A DNA stretch of 32,000 nucleotides. Source: Chlorobiota bacterium. Lineage in GTDB: Bacteria > Bacteroidota > Chlorobiia > Chlorobiales > Chlorobiaceae. The position numbers and the translations under genes are program-made. The stretch lies in the NCBI GenBank assembly GCA_016868665.1, contig VGGK01000001.1, forward strand, positions 106,762-138,761, written 5' to 3'. Below are positions 8,451 to 19,244 of this stretch, one piece after another. How positions within the stretch are numbered: the stretch's first letter is position 1; every line of letters begins with the position of its first letter. The notes under the pieces were generated by a model. It did no database searches. It was given only the letters and a program-made list of their open reading frames with translations, and had not been told where the DNA came from.

Positions 8451-10403
8451 TCATCCATAGATAACAAACCCTGCCGCAGGAACCGTAATGCACACCGACG
8501 AGCCCTGGCGGGTCTCGACCGTCACATCGTGATGCTGCGTCCCCTCGGCAGTACTGTACAGGCACCGCATGATGCTGCCAGGAGGATGGAGTGAGCTGTC
8601 GACAACGACATACACCCTCAACGCCTGCAATGTATCGGTATTGACTGCGCAAAGCGTCTCGCGGTCCGCGAAAATACGCGACCATGCTATAACCCAGCGC
8701 AGTGCGCCACCCATCGGCTGGGGATAATAAAAATCCCCGTCATAACCTGTAGCGGAAACCTGCCGAAGGTACTGCCTTCCCCGGCGCAGCTCGATACGCT
8801 GCTTCCGGATAGCGGCAACATCGCTTACGAAGCGGTAGACCGGATGTTCTTCGTTAAAAAAGTGCTTCCCCGTACTCTGACGGGAACCGAACCGGCCGCC
8901 GAACATACACTCTCTGAGGAAGACATCACTCCAGGAATCGTCGCCCTGGCGATGGTCGGCGCCGTTGAATGCCTGTTCGGTACCGTAATAGATGCACGGG
9001 ATACCCGAAGAAGCAAGATTCAAGCCAAGAGCGGCTGGAAGCAGCAACTCGCTCTGCGGCGCATCGCCGGCAAAACGAAACTTCTGCTTCACCCCGACCT
9101 GGTCGTGATCATCGAACATCGTCACAATATGGCTCCCGTACCACTGCCGGGTATGCTTGTTGTCGAGCAGGCTGTTGCGGAAAAGATCGAAATACCCCTC
9201 CTGCTCTTCGGTATCGGGATTGCCGGGACTGCGCCATCCCTTGATCATGAACTCCAGCTTGTCGGGAATATCGTTGATGCCGAGGGCCGCATCGAGACCC
9301 GTATTGTCGAGAATCGAGGCCGCATAGCTTCTTCCGCCGGTAATTTCTCCGATGATACAGAAATTCTCCTTGCCGATCGAAGCTGCGAACTCGTGTACCG
9401 CAGTCGCGAAATAGCGCACTGCACCTGGCTCCATATGCTTTACAGTATCGAGGCGATACCCGTCGATATCTGTGTAGGCTATCCAGAACTTATAGATAAC
9501 CGACAGGTCTTTCAGCGCCTGCGAAGGCCTGAACTCGCGGATCCGCCGCTGCAGATCCCAGGCTGCGGAAGGATCTTTGAGCCCTTCACCGAGATTGACA
9601 TCCTTCAGCGTACAGAAATCGCCATCGAGAAACTCCGGAAACCCGTCCCAGTTCCTGATTTCGCCATGCCTCGACCAGACGGACGCATGCTGGAGTTCGA
9701 CAGGCCAGACCGCACCATCGAAATCCGCATTCACATCCACATCAAAAGGAATGCTTCCCGATTCGCCGCTGCGGCTGCGATAGCCCTGCACCGGCCACTG
9801 GCGACCGTCTTGATAGGTATATTGCATGTTCCCTTCATATGCGAAAACGTCACCGGCATGATTGATGATGATATCGAGAATAACCCTTATGCCCAGGGCA
9901 TGCGCAGCCTGAACGAAATCCTTCAGCTCCTCGCGGGTACCGAAATGTGGATCAACATCGAGATAATTCTGGATGCCGTAACCATGATAATCGCTGCTGC
10001 CGGTCACCTGGCGGAACACGGGACTTATCCAGACCGCGGTAATTCCAAGCCTCTTCAGATAACCGAGTTTTTCTTTCATGCCGGAGATAGTGCCACCGCA
10101 CCAGCTTCTGCCGGCCTCGAACCAGCTCTCCCGATCTGCCGTTCCGGCATCGCGCTCCGGCGCAAAAAGCGGGGTGTTCCTTTCACCCGAAGGCTCTGTA
10201 ACCGGTTTGCCTTGGTTATCGGAAAACCCGCCGAACTCTCTGGCATCAGAAAACCGGTCGAGAAACAGAAAATAGAGTATCTCGTCCTCCCATGCAGCCG
10301 GAGACGGATGATACGCCACACCTTCGACAAGCCCGGCAAAATCGATCTCCCTGAGGCTGCGCTCCACAGCCCTTTTTCCCTTTCCGTAACTGATGACTCT
10401 CAT
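8451..10403 (-). CDS. Alpha-amylase family (GH13) glycoside hydrolase
   Basis: I trimmed the ORF to the ATG at 10403 (MRVISYGK...). The GH13 conserved regions are I DIIINHAG, II GYRLDTVKHM, III IIGEITG and IV FDDHDQ. Substrate specificity is not assignable by eye. Confidence 0.85.
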   Translation of the reverse strand: MRVISYGKGKRAVERSLREIDFAGLVEGVAYHPSPAAWEDEILYFLFLDRFSDAREFGGFSDNQGKPVTEPSGERNTPLFAPERDAGTADRESWFEAGRSWCGGTISGMKEKLGYLKRLGITAVWISPVFRQVTGSSDYHGYGIQNYLDVDPHFGTREELKDFVQAAHALGIRVILDIIINHAGDVFAYEGNMQYTYQDGRQWPVQGYRSRSGESGSIPFDVDVNADFDGAVWPVELQHASVWSRHGEIRNWDGFPEFLDGDFCTLKDVNLGEGLKDPSAAWDLQRRIREFRPSQALKDLSVIYKFWIAYTDIDGYRLDTVKHMEPGAVRYFATAVHEFAASIGKENFCIIGEITGGRSYAASILDNTGLDAALGINDIPDKLEFMIKGWRSPGNPDTEEQEGYFDLFRNSLLDNKHTRQWYGSHIVTMFDDHDQVGVKQKFRFAGDAPQSELLLPAALGLNLASSGIPCIYYGTEQAFNGADHRQGDDSWSDVFLRECMFGGRFGSRQSTGKHFFNEEHPVYRFVSDVAAIRKQRIELRRGRQYLRQVSATGYDGDFYYPQPMGGALRWVIAWSRIFADRETLCAVNTDTLQALRVYVVVDSSLHPPGSIMRCLYSTAEGTQHHDVTVETRQGSSVCITVPAAGFVIYG

Positions 10404-10503
10404 AAATACTGATAGTTTTGGGGTTGACAGTATCCGGACATTTATCGCATGCAGTATACGTATAAAATCACACCGCTGATCAAAAAGAAACCGTTTCGGA
10501 AGC

Positions 10504-10528
10504 AAAAAAAAGCCTGCACGAGGCAGGC
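10504..10528 (-). terminator. Rho-independent terminator downstream of tpx
   Basis: The minus-strand reading is GCCTGC-ctcgt-GCAGGC followed by T8 (plus-strand A run 10504..10511). It lies about 65 nt after the tpx stop. Confidence 0.7.
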
Positions 10529-10592
10529 TTGGCGAAGAACCGCAGAAACAATCAGATACCATAAAGAACTTTTACCGCGTCATATGAAACTC

Positions 10593-11093
10593 CTATGCAA
10601 GAGCCTTCAGTGCGGCCTGATAATCCGGTTCCTGTACGATTTCAGGAACAAGTTCACTGTAAGCAACCTTGTGCTCGTTATCGACAACGATAACGGCACG
10701 TGCGAGCAATCCTTTCAAAGGACCGGCAACCAGCTCCACACCGAAATCCCTGCCGAAATCTGGAGAACGAAACACAGAAAGCGAAATAACATTGTTCAAC
10801 CCCTCTACCTCGCAGAACCGTTTGTGAGCGAAAGGCAGGTCGGCCGAAATGCAGAGAACGATGGTATTGTCGAATGAAGCCGCTTCCTGATTGAATCGAC
10901 GAACCGACGCAGCACACACCGCGGTATCGAGACTCGGAAAAATATTCAGCACAAGCTGCTTGCCCTCAAAATCGGCAGGACCTGCTTCGGAAAGATCGGA
11001 TTTCACCAGACAGAAAAAAGGCATTTCGGAGCCGATTGCCGGAAGTTCGCCGCAGGTTTCGACAGGATTGCCTTTCAGCGTGACTGTAGCCAT
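10593..11093 (-). CDS. tpx: Thiol peroxidase (atypical 2-Cys peroxiredoxin Tpx)
   Basis: 166-aa ORF. The N-terminus VTLKGNPV...G.LP..G is Tpx-like, the peroxidatic Cys sits in PSLDTAVCA, and the resolving Cys sits in CISADLPFAHKRFC. Confidence 0.92.
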   Translation of the reverse strand: MATVTLKGNPVETCGELPAIGSEMPFFCLVKSDLSEAGPADFEGKQLVLNIFPSLDTAVCAASVRRFNQEAASFDNTIVLCISADLPFAHKRFCEVEGLNNVISLSVFRSPDFGRDFGVELVAGPLKGLLARAVIVVDNEHKVAYSELVPEIVQEPDYQAALKALA

Positions 11094-11373
11094 AAATGTG
11101 TTAATTTTATTGTTGTGTAAAGGTAAAAAACGAGGACATTGCAGAAAAGATTAAACGAAAACCTGTACGGCCTGCAGAAAGTTTCAACCTGCTGAACCTT
11201 TATTCCCGCGATCGAAAAAATCCGGTAGTGTGAACCCGGTTCTGCCGGTCACGACAAATCCTTTTCATCACGACGGCATAGTGATTGTATGCTGTCAATG
11301 GCATCCGGAACTGCACGACAGATTGCAAGCGCCCCGATAATACCGGCGGGAGCGGATGCTGCCGGCAAACGCC

Positions 11374-12201
11374 TCAGTCACGCACGATGGTGACTGCATC
11401 GCGCACTCGCGCCCAGTTGAAAAGCTTTTCGGCGTCGATCATGAGTAAACGAACACAGCCGTGCGATGCCGGATATCCCGGCATCGACTGCTGATGCATG
11501 AAATAGCCGCTGTAGTAGTTGATCGAGAACGGCATGGGCGCATTGTCATACTTAATCGAGCGCTTGTAACGCTGCTTGTAGTTCACGAAAAACTTGCCAG
11601 GAAGCGTAGGATACGACTTCCGGCCGCTCGATACCGGTCCCCAGAATACCAGTTTGCCCCACTCGTAAGCGCCGAAGTACTGGCTGGCAAGAAACACCCG
11701 TATCTCACGTTCTCCTCTGCCATCGGTCAGAAGTTCCGGAACCGGGGTATATCTGGCGGCTTTCTGAAAATCAACAGGCATGAGCACCGCTCGGCCAGCA
11801 GGCACAAGTTTCCGGTCGATACGGTTGACTTTCATGTAAATGCTCTGGCAAAGGGAGTCCTTTCGGCAGTAATAAGACAGGGCTTCGGGTTTTTTCAGCT
11901 TCTGCAGAACAAAGCCTTCCGGAACATGCTGCGTTGTTTTCGGATCACTTTTTTTCTCCGCCGGATCAGTACCTGATACGGCTTTTGCGGAATCCGCAGC
12001 AAAAAGTTCCTGAGCAGCGGATGCTGCCTGCCCGATTCGGGCGGAATCGGGAAACGAAGCCTCCCCTGTAAATTGTCGCGTTGCGGTTTGTCCTGATTCT
12101 GCAGCTGACATCGGGGATACAGAAAGAAAAAAAATCAGGAACAGACTCGGGAAAACCATACAGTAACAATGCGCCGAACGAAAATGAAATAATGCAGTCA
12201 T
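11374..12201 (-). CDS. L,D-transpeptidase (YkuD domain) with signal peptide
   Basis: The C-terminal catalytic motif is SHGCVRL, preceded by YFMHQQSMPGYP. I trimmed the start to the ATG at 12201, because the track start at 12213 is TTG. The hydrophobic signal is MVFPSLFLIFFLSVSPMSA. Confidence 0.8.
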   Translation of the reverse strand: MTALFHFRSAHCYCMVFPSLFLIFFLSVSPMSAAESGQTATRQFTGEASFPDSARIGQAASAAQELFAADSAKAVSGTDPAEKKSDPKTTQHVPEGFVLQKLKKPEALSYYCRKDSLCQSIYMKVNRIDRKLVPAGRAVLMPVDFQKAARYTPVPELLTDGRGEREIRVFLASQYFGAYEWGKLVFWGPVSSGRKSYPTLPGKFFVNYKQRYKRSIKYDNAPMPFSINYYSGYFMHQQSMPGYPASHGCVRLLMIDAEKLFNWARVRDAVTIVRD

Positions 12202-12508
12202 AGCTGTTTTCAAACCATCATCGTTGAAATAAAGATGCGTTTCAGCGTAGCAATGACAGAAAAACTCATGGTACAGCGGAACACTCTCAATAATCGTGAC
12301 ATGATGACCAACTGGAAATGGCTGAACATACCCTCGTTTGTTTCAGACAGGTTTCTGCACTATTGAATGTAACAAAAACATATAAGAAATGGACTAAAAT
12401 AATCCGCTTATCGCCCCTGACAGAAGACCTGAATCATGAGAAAATCGTGATCCTGAAAAAAACGAAGGCACCGGGCAAATCGAAACACTCAAATGCTGAT
12501 CAGGACGT

Positions 12509-12955
12509 TCAATTCAATCGACCGTTCGATCCCCCGAGCGAAAAACGGCCGGCTCCGATAAAAACGATCGCCAGCGATCCGAACAGGTAGAGCGCTTGCA
12601 GTTCGAGCGCATAGGCCCCGTGCTCATTGAAAGCGAAGAGGTCTCCCATATGTGCCAGGTATACGGCCATGACCATCACGAATGCCACCACCATGGCTGC
12701 TGCACGAGTATAGACCCCGAGAATGATCAGAAGCGGAGCAAGAATTTCACCGACAAGAACTCCATGCGACAGATAGCCGGGCAACCCGGATTTCAGGAGC
12801 ATCTTTTCGATGGATCCATAGCCATAGTGCAGTTTATGAAGTCCATGAAAAAGCATCAGCCCTCCGACCGAAAGACGCAGCAGCAGTTTGCCTAAATCTG
12901 AGGAAAACATCCTGTCAAACATGCCATCTCCCTTTCTTGCGAATTTTCGTTTCAT
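12509..12955 (-). CDS. DoxX family membrane protein
   Basis: 148-aa ORF with 4 hydrophobic helices. The DoxX-like N-terminus is [19 protein letters not shown]. It lies only 18 nt downstream of the ribD stop and is probably co-transcribed. Confidence 0.75.
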   Translation of the reverse strand: MKRKFARKGDGMFDRMFSSDLGKLLLRLSVGGLMLFHGLHKLHYGYGSIEKMLLKSGLPGYLSHGVLVGEILAPLLIILGVYTRAAAMVVAFVMVMAVYLAHMGDLFAFNEHGAYALELQALYLFGSLAIVFIGAGRFSLGGSNGRLN

Positions 12956-12973
12956 AGTTACCAGTATGAGATC

Positions 12974-14062
12974 TCACATGGAAATATATGCAGCGAGAAG
13001 AAGATCAGACCCCAAAAAAACCGGCGGCTCCATTTTGAGTCCGACTGCCTGATCAGGCGACATAACGCCAAGGGGAGCGAATGCGCTCAAACCGTCGCCG
13101 CCGAACAGTTTGGGCGCAATGAACAGATAGAGTTTGTCGGCGAGCTTCGCTTTTATGAACGATGAGACCATGCGGCTCCCGCCCTCGACCAGCACGGAGA
13201 GTACACGCCGCTCTTGCAGTACGGCAAGCACAGCCTCAAGATCGAGTCCGCTTTCCCGTCCTTCGACCGCATGTACGGTAACGCCTTTGTCTGCAAGTCT
13301 TGCAGCTTTCTGCGACTGATGCAATGCCGACAAGGTAAAAAGAACTGTTTCGGCTTCATCGCTGAAAACGCCAGCGCTTTCCGGAATGCTGAGTCGGCTG
13401 TCGAGCACCACGCGCAAAGGATTGCGCCCGGCGCAATGACGCACTGTAAGCCGGGAATCGTCTGCCATGACCGTTGCGGCACCGGTCAGCACGGCATCAT
13501 AATGACAGCGAAGACGATGCACCTCACGGCGGGCATCTTCTCCGGTAATCCATTTCGATGCTCCGGTTGCCGTGGCGATCTTTCCGTCGAGCGTCTGGGC
13601 AAGTTTAAGTGCCACAAACGGGCGACCTTTTCTGTGGCTGGTAATAAACGCTTCGTTGATTTTCTCGGATTCTTCCTGAAGAACGCCTTCGATAACCTCA
13701 ACCCCGGCGGCAAGCAGTTTTTCGATTCCCTTGCCTGCTACCTTTATATGCGGATCGCGGCAACCTATAACTACTCGCGGGATACCCTTTTCGATGATCA
13801 GGTCGCTGCAGGGAGGTGTTTTGCCGAAATGCGAACATGGTTCCAGGTTGACATAGAGCGTTGCCTGCTTCAGCAAAGCTTCTTCAGCAACAGCCGCTAC
13901 GGCATTGACTTCTGCATGAGAAGCTCCGTATTCGCGATGATATCCTTCACCGATTATCCGTCCGTCCGCAACAATAACCGAACCAACCTGTGGATTCGGG
14001 CTCACGCTGCCGGCGCCAAGCCGGGCAAGTTCGAGACAGCGGCGCATATAACGTTCACGCAT
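12974..14062 (-). CDS. ribD: Bifunctional riboflavin biosynthesis protein RibD (pyrimidine deaminase / uracil reductase)
   Basis: The deaminase zinc motifs are HAEVNA and [11 protein letters not shown]. The C-terminal reductase block is [11 protein letters not shown]...[10 protein letters not shown] chose the start at ATG 14062 ([13 protein letters not shown]...). Upstream ATGs at 14101 and 14143 would overlap the dCMP deaminase gene. Confidence 0.9.
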   Translation of the reverse strand: MRERYMRRCLELARLGAGSVSPNPQVGSVIVADGRIIGEGYHREYGASHAEVNAVAAVAEEALLKQATLYVNLEPCSHFGKTPPCSDLIIEKGIPRVVIGCRDPHIKVAGKGIEKLLAAGVEVIEGVLQEESEKINEAFITSHRKGRPFVALKLAQTLDGKIATATGASKWITGEDARREVHRLRCHYDAVLTGAATVMADDSRLTVRHCAGRNPLRVVLDSRLSIPESAGVFSDEAETVLFTLSALHQSQKAARLADKGVTVHAVEGRESGLDLEAVLAVLQERRVLSVLVEGGSRMVSSFIKAKLADKLYLFIAPKLFGGDGLSAFAPLGVMSPDQAVGLKMEPPVFLGSDLLLAAYISM

Positions 14063-14084
14063 GGAGCTGTTCTCAAATCCTTTT

Positions 14085-14615
14085 TCAGCAATCGCCGACA
14101 TGAACCTGCACCAGTCTGATTCCCGAAAGACGGAGCAGTTCATCGATATGCTCGATCTTGTACGGCTTATCGTAATAGATAGTCTTGATGCCGACGTTGA
14201 TAAGCACTTTCAGACAGTGGATGCATGGACTTGCCGTGATGTAGATATCGGCATCCTTGATGGAAACCCCATGTTTTGCCGCCTGGGCTATAGCATTGAT
14301 TTCAGCATGAATAGTATTGACGCAGTTCTCCTCTACCGTACCATCAGGGTGGGTGCTGCGATAGATTCTGCAGTTTGTTTCATTGCAGTGCGGCAAACCG
14401 GAAGGGGCTCCGTTGTAGCCGGTCGAGAGAATATTGTGATCCCTTACGATAACCGCACCGATATGCCCTCGGGTGCAGGTCGCACGGCGCGATATCAGAT
14501 GTGCCACGCTCATGAAATACTCATGCCAGCCCAACCTTTTTTCAAGCTCACCGTGACCGTCACAACCTCGATCTGAGCTGCACCCGCCCGAACCGTGATT
14601 TTCCTCCATTGCCAT
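14085..14615 (-). CDS. dCMP deaminase (ComEB / CMP-dCMP deaminase zinc-binding family)
   Basis: 176-aa ORF with the motifs HAEINAI and [15 protein letters not shown] and a WHEYFM..A.L.S.R.TC N-terminal block. It has a short Gly/Cys/His-rich N-terminal extension. Confidence 0.85.
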   Translation of the reverse strand: MAMEENHGSGGCSSDRGCDGHGELEKRLGWHEYFMSVAHLISRRATCTRGHIGAVIVRDHNILSTGYNGAPSGLPHCNETNCRIYRSTHPDGTVEENCVNTIHAEINAIAQAAKHGVSIKDADIYITASPCIHCLKVLINVGIKTIYYDKPYKIEHIDELLRLSGIRLVQVHVGDC

Positions 14616-14632
14616 ACTTTTTAATACATTAA

Positions 14633-16324
14633 ATGAACATCATTTACAAAATAGGCAAAAATAATCCGCTTGAGCAACTCATGCACCGCAATTACTTTAC
14701 GCTTTATCATACCGCGATGGAACTGCATGCGAGGCTTACCAGCGGATTCGTCTTCGAAATCCACTCACAGCATAAAAACGAACTGACGCTCAGTTTCATC
14801 ACTGCGGCTGGAGAACACCTGCAGGTAATAATTGTGTTGCGAGTCCCGGAACTGTGCATTTTCACAAGGGAAGGGATGAACCGCTGCAAACGGCAAAGTG
14901 CGAACCTCCTGCATGCTGCCTGTGAACGGGAGGTGCAAGGTGTCTCAATGTCGCCCTGCGACCGTGAAATACTCATCAGCCTTTCTGGAGACTACACGCT
15001 TGTACTGAGACTTTTCAGCGCCTCAGCCAATGCGTTTCTCGTCACAGAAGAAGGGACTGTTGCCGATGCCTGTATTGCCGGAAAAACCCTTATCGGAACT
15101 GCATATCGCGATAAAGCCGACCGATCGTCACCTGATATCATCAGGGAACTCGAACGGCTTGCACAGCAGAAAGAACGATTTTTTGCACTTGTCGGAATCG
15201 CTGAAGACAGTAAACCGCAACTGTCCCCAGGGTCTCTGCCAGGCTTCGACCAGGCAATGCTGCGCACCCTTTCCGAACGGGCAGGAGAAAGCGGCGATCC
15301 TGAGGATGTTTTCGATGCCTTCAGGGACATGTTCTACGAACTGCTCGATCCGTTGCCGCAGACCGGACGAACACCGCAAGGCAAACCGCTCTTCAGCATC
15401 CTGCACAGGCCGCTGCCTGAGAGCCGAAGGTATGCATCTGTGCTCGAAGGGCTGAACCGATACAGCTCGGCCATGTGGAGCTGGCTGCACGCCATGCAGG
15501 AACGGGGCGAGTTCGAAACGAAATTGCGGCAGCAACTGCGAAAAATCGAAAAGGAACTCCAGGAGCACGATCCCGGGATGCTTGCCGGACAAGCCGATGA
15601 TTATCAAACCAGAGGGCATCTGCTCATAGGAGCTCTTTCGTTTGAACGCACTCTGTCGGACAACATAACCGTACCCGACATCTTTAATCCGGACCAACCG
15701 GATATCTCCATCAGCCTGAAACCCGAACTTTCTCTCAGCGACAACGCGGCGGAATATTTCAGAAAAGCCGCCAAAACGCGGGAAAAAATAAGAACCATGA
15801 AACGGCGAAAAACAGAACTCGAAGAACGCAAAGCCCTGCTTGAATCGCTTTCCGGAGAAATCACCTCCCTCCTTTCCCCAAAGGGAATAAAACAATTCCT
15901 CGAAGCCCGCAGATCGGAATTGCGGAGAACCGGCATAGAGCCGACAAAAACCGCTTCCGGAATTACCTCCCGATTCAGAACCGTTAAACTAACGGCATCG
16001 GCCACGCTCTATATCGGCAAAAACGCGACTAACAACGATCATCTCACATTCTCTTTCGCCAAGCCGAATGATATCTGGCTCCATGCGAGGGGCAGTTCAG
16101 GGTCGCACTGCGTGCTGCGCGGTGTCACCCTCCAGCAGAAAGAAGAGATCCGAAGAGCCGCGGAGTATGCGGCAAGATACTCGGCCGCAAAACATTCCGA
16201 ACTGGTGCCGGTAATGTATGCACTGAAAAAACATGTGCGCCGTTCGAAACGGCTTGCGCCAGGCCAGGTACTGATCGAACGGGAAGAGGTTATCATGGTT
16301 CACCCTGCAACAGAAGCGGATTGA
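14633..16324 (+). CDS. NFACT family protein (RqcH / FbpA-like, DUF814-containing)
   Basis: 563-aa ORF. The C-terminal NFACT-R (DUF814) signature is [17 protein letters not shown]...AA.YSAAK. The N-terminal NFACT-N-like region has a DR dipeptide ([11 protein letters not shown]), and the middle is coiled-coil rich. An alternative ATG at 14681 ([10 protein letters not shown]...) would widen the otherwise 17-nt divergent gap to the dCMP deaminase gene. Confidence 0.8.
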   Translation: MNIIYKIGKNNPLEQLMHRNYFTLYHTAMELHARLTSGFVFEIHSQHKNELTLSFITAAGEHLQVIIVLRVPELCIFTREGMNRCKRQSANLLHAACEREVQGVSMSPCDREILISLSGDYTLVLRLFSASANAFLVTEEGTVADACIAGKTLIGTAYRDKADRSSPDIIRELERLAQQKERFFALVGIAEDSKPQLSPGSLPGFDQAMLRTLSERAGESGDPEDVFDAFRDMFYELLDPLPQTGRTPQGKPLFSILHRPLPESRRYASVLEGLNRYSSAMWSWLHAMQERGEFETKLRQQLRKIEKELQEHDPGMLAGQADDYQTRGHLLIGALSFERTLSDNITVPDIFNPDQPDISISLKPELSLSDNAAEYFRKAAKTREKIRTMKRRKTELEERKALLESLSGEITSLLSPKGIKQFLEARRSELRRTGIEPTKTASGITSRFRTVKLTASATLYIGKNATNNDHLTFSFAKPNDIWLHARGSSGSHCVLRGVTLQQKEEIRRAAEYAARYSAAKHSELVPVMYALKKHVRRSKRLAPGQVLIEREEVIMVHPATEAD

Positions 16325-16445
16325 GCGGGTTTTTGCGCTTTTACGGAACGATATACGGTTTTATTTCCTTACCTTAGGGAGGACATGCAACCTGACCGAC
16401 GGCACAGCCCGATATACGGAACCGGTAATAACACATGGCCAGACA

Positions 16446-16811
16446 ATGGAAAACTATAAACTTGTGCTGCCCGAACACCTTAACCACTACGGGTTTCTTT
16501 TCGGCGGCAACCTTCTGAAATGGATTGACGAGGTAAGCTATATCGCCGTCACGCTTGATTATCCCGGCTGCAACTTCGTTACGGTCGGTATGGACAAGGT
16601 TGAATTCCGCAAAAGCATCCGGGGCGGCACCATCCTCTGCTTCGTAACCGAAAAAAGCCGGATCGGCGATACATCGATCGAGTATACAGTAAACGTCTAT
16701 AAAGACAGCATCGAGACAGGAGAACGATTAATCGTCTTCAGCACGAATATCACCTTTGTCTGTCTTGATGAAAAAGGTCATAAAAAAACCATCTGCGGCA
16801 ACGAAAGATGA
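16446..16811 (+). CDS. Acyl-CoA thioesterase (hotdog fold, YciA-like)
   Basis: 121-aa [32 protein letters not shown] matches the N.G.vhGG.ll..mD motif of 4HBT/acyl-CoA thioester hydrolases. Its stop overlaps the next ATG (ATGA at 16808..16811). Confidence 0.8.
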   Translation: MENYKLVLPEHLNHYGFLFGGNLLKWIDEVSYIAVTLDYPGCNFVTVGMDKVEFRKSIRGGTILCFVTEKSRIGDTSIEYTVNVYKDSIETGERLIVFSTNITFVCLDEKGHKKTICGNER

Positions 16812-17458
16812 CGAAAATATGGAACAGTTCCGAACGATTCGATCGTTCCGCGGCGCAATGGGATGAAAACCCTCGCCGAAGAGCACTTGCAGAACACGTT
16901 GCGAAAGCCATCATGGAATCAGTAACACCCGAATCTTCAATGCGGGCAATGGAATTCGGCTGCGGTACCGGCCTTGTAACGCTGGCGCTGGCGCCATATC
17001 TCAAATCCATTGCGGCCATAGACACATCGGAAGAGATGCTATCCGTGCTGCAGAAAAAAATCGAAACACTCGACATCCGCAACGTTCAGCCGATTCTGGC
17101 AGACCTTGTGCACGATACCCTCAGTCCTGTACCATCCGAAAGCATTGACTTCATGTGCAGCAGTATGACCCTGCACCATATAGCCGATACTTGTGCGCTT
17201 CTTGAAAAACTATGCGGGCTGCTCCGCCCCGGCGGGACACTGGCCATGGCCGACCTTGACCGTGAAGACGGATTCTTTCATGACGACGGCACCGAAGAGG
17301 TGCATCACGGCTTCGAGCGTCCCGCGCTGCAGGCCATGCTTGAAGGAGCCGGCTTCCGGAACGTCGCATTCCGGACGGTTTGCGAAGTAAAAAAAAACAA
17401 TCGCGCCGGAAGGGAAGCCGTGTACCCGATCTTTCTTGTAACCGCCATTAAAGCATAA
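16808..17458 (+). CDS. Class I SAM-dependent methyltransferase
   Basis: 216-aa ORF with motif [16 protein letters not shown], followed by [13 protein letters not shown] and [12 protein letters not shown]. Confidence 0.8.
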   Translation: MTKIWNSSERFDRSAAQWDENPRRRALAEHVAKAIMESVTPESSMRAMEFGCGTGLVTLALAPYLKSIAAIDTSEEMLSVLQKKIETLDIRNVQPILADLVHDTLSPVPSESIDFMCSSMTLHHIADTCALLEKLCGLLRPGGTLAMADLDREDGFFHDDGTEEVHHGFERPALQAMLEGAGFRNVAFRTVCEVKKNNRAGREAVYPIFLVTAIKA

Positions 17459-17474
17459 CCATACGCCAACGCAA

Positions 17475-18134
17475 ATGCCTTTCAAAGCCGTTATTTTCGA
17501 CCTTGACGGAACGCTGCTCGACACGCTTGAAGATATCGTCAACACCCTCAACGTCGTGCTCGAAATGCATAACTACCCTACACACAGTCTCGATAAAGGA
17601 CGATATCTTGTCGGACACGGTATGCGGGAACTGGTCAGAAAAGCGCTTCCTGAAAACACGGCGACGGAAAAACTGATCGACAGACTGCTTAAGGATCTGC
17701 TGAACCATTACAGCTTTAACTGGAACAGAAACTCGAAACCCTATCCCGGCGTCGCCCAAATGCTCGACGACCTCACCCGACAAGGGCTGAAAAAAGCCAT
17801 CCTGTCCAACAAGGCCGACGCTTTCACGCAGCTCTGCGCACAGGAACTGCTTGCGGAATGGTCATTCGACGTGGTAATGGGCCATCACGAAGCAATTCCC
17901 CACAAGCCCGAACCGGAAGGAGCGCTGCTCATTTCCGGAATGCTGGAAAACGCACCGGAGGATATTCTGTACGTAGGAGACAGCGGCATCGACATGCTGA
18001 CCGCATCACGAGCAGGTATGTACCCGCTCGGAGTGCTCTGGGGATTCAGACCAGCAGAAGAACTGCTCGAAAACGGCGCGAAAACGCTGGTTGATAAACC
18101 GGAAGAAATATCGAGGTTTCTGGGAATTGCATGA
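17475..18134 (+). CDS. HAD-superfamily hydrolase, phosphoglycolate phosphatase-like
   Basis: 219-aa ORF with HAD motif I VIFDLDGTLLDT, motif II ILSNK and motifs III/IV K.PEP....YVGDSGIDM. Confidence 0.8.
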   Translation: MPFKAVIFDLDGTLLDTLEDIVNTLNVVLEMHNYPTHSLDKGRYLVGHGMRELVRKALPENTATEKLIDRLLKDLLNHYSFNWNRNSKPYPGVAQMLDDLTRQGLKKAILSNKADAFTQLCAQELLAEWSFDVVMGHHEAIPHKPEPEGALLISGMLENAPEDILYVGDSGIDMLTASRAGMYPLGVLWGFRPAEELLENGAKTLVDKPEEISRFLGIA

Positions 18135-18307
18135 ATATACCGAACATTCCGGATAACTCTCCCGGGTTCTTCTCAGTAACAGCAGCAAGAACAAGGATAT
18201 AAAGTGCGAAAATCCGCTTTTATGGTTTCCCGGTATCCCGACTCCTGACTCCCCCAAAGCACGCAACTTGAGCCGGAAAAGAACGTCCGCTACTCCTGTG
18301 TCTTTCC

Positions 18308-19150
18308 CTAAAAAGTCACCGTCACCCCCAAAAGCGGCACCGGCTCTGAAGACTCGGCGTAACCGTGCTCCATCCGAACCTCTTCATCGTTGATCATGTT
18401 GCCGACAGCCAAACCGACGGCGGTTCCGATGGCGGCTCCGACGATGGTATCGGAAAGCCAGTGCTTGTCGTCGTAGACTCGCTGCATCGCGGTAAGTGTC
18501 GAAAGAGCGTAGAGCCCAACTGTCGCCCATGGCCTCTTTATTCTGGTGCTGAGAGCGGAAGAGACCGCAAAAGCAGAAGTGGCGTGTCCCGAAGGAAACG
18601 ACCAGTTCGGATTTTCAGTCGCAAACAATGAAAAACGCGTGTTCCCTTCCTGTTTGAACGGACGACTCCGGCCTGTCGTGGCCTTGAGCACACCGGTGAT
18701 CATCATTGCGAACGTATGCGCTTCGAGAACCGCTCTGCCGGTCAGCCGGACATCGTCAGCACCTGCAAGAATTCCTCCGAGATAGATCAGCGACCCAACT
18801 CCATAACCGGTACGAAACCGGCCATAGTAGTCGCCGACAGGCATTACCGTATCAAGAAACGGAGTGTGATGGTTCAGAGCGAAGTCACGGACCGGTTCGT
18901 CAAAAAAGAGCGTCGACAAGGTTGCCGCTCCGGCTATGGCAGCAACCCTCATCCAGTCGCTGTCGTCGAAATGCGCCGGCGAAGAAAACACCCCCCTGAA
19001 ATCGCGATAAAACCCTGTGGCGTCCTGTGAGAACATATCACCGGTACTTTCGCCCCTGCCTGTCCAGGGACAGCATAGCTGCAGAATCGTAACAGCAAAA
19101 AAGATAAACCTGATTACGCCCTCAGCAGCTATGCTGCGGAAAGCGGACAT
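18308..19150 (-). CDS. PAP2-family phosphatase (secreted/membrane)
   Basis: All three PAP2 motifs are present: KATTGRSRP, PSGH, and QRVYDDKHWLSD (an SRxxxxxHxxxD-type C3 in which Q replaces the motif Ser). I trimmed the start to the ATG at 19150, giving the signal-like N-terminus MSAFRSIAAEGVIRFIFFAVTILQL. Upstream ATGs lie at 19171 and 19180. Confidence 0.8.
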   Translation of the reverse strand: MSAFRSIAAEGVIRFIFFAVTILQLCCPWTGRGESTGDMFSQDATGFYRDFRGVFSSPAHFDDSDWMRVAAIAGAATLSTLFFDEPVRDFALNHHTPFLDTVMPVGDYYGRFRTGYGVGSLIYLGGILAGADDVRLTGRAVLEAHTFAMMITGVLKATTGRSRPFKQEGNTRFSLFATENPNWSFPSGHATSAFAVSSALSTRIKRPWATVGLYALSTLTAMQRVYDDKHWLSDTIVGAAIGTAVGLAVGNMINDEEVRMEHGYAESSEPVPLLGVTVTF

Positions 19151-19244
19151 TTTGCGGTGAACGCTTAACATAGGCCGCATGTTATAGTGAAAAATCCATA
19201 TCCCGGCCTTGAGTGTCGGCCGATTTTCAGAATGTACTTTTTTT

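Noticed and set aside
8844-10412. A 522-aa ORF on the plus strand spanning almost the whole alpha-amylase gene in antisense
   Set aside because: The minus-strand frame carries all four GH13 conserved regions, whereas the plus-strand product has no recognisable motif and a repetitive, Arg/Ile/Glu-skewed composition. It is a typical stop-free shadow frame opposite a real gene.
12318-12590. A 90-aa plus-strand ORF in the L,D-transpeptidase/DoxX spacer
   Set aside because: It runs into the DoxX 3' end in antisense, is Lys-rich and low-complexity, and has no motif or plausible start context.
13214-14119. A 301-aa plus-strand ORF antisense to ribD
   Set aside because: The minus strand encodes unmistakable RibD motifs ([17 protein letters not shown]). 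The antisense product is featureless. Shadow ORF.
15128-15895. A 255-aa minus-strand ORF, plus others at 14992..15330 and 15604..16005, inside the NFACT gene
   Set aside because: The plus-strand frame is continuous for 563 aa and ends in the DUF814 signature. The antisense ORFs are fragmented, overlap one another and carry no motifs.
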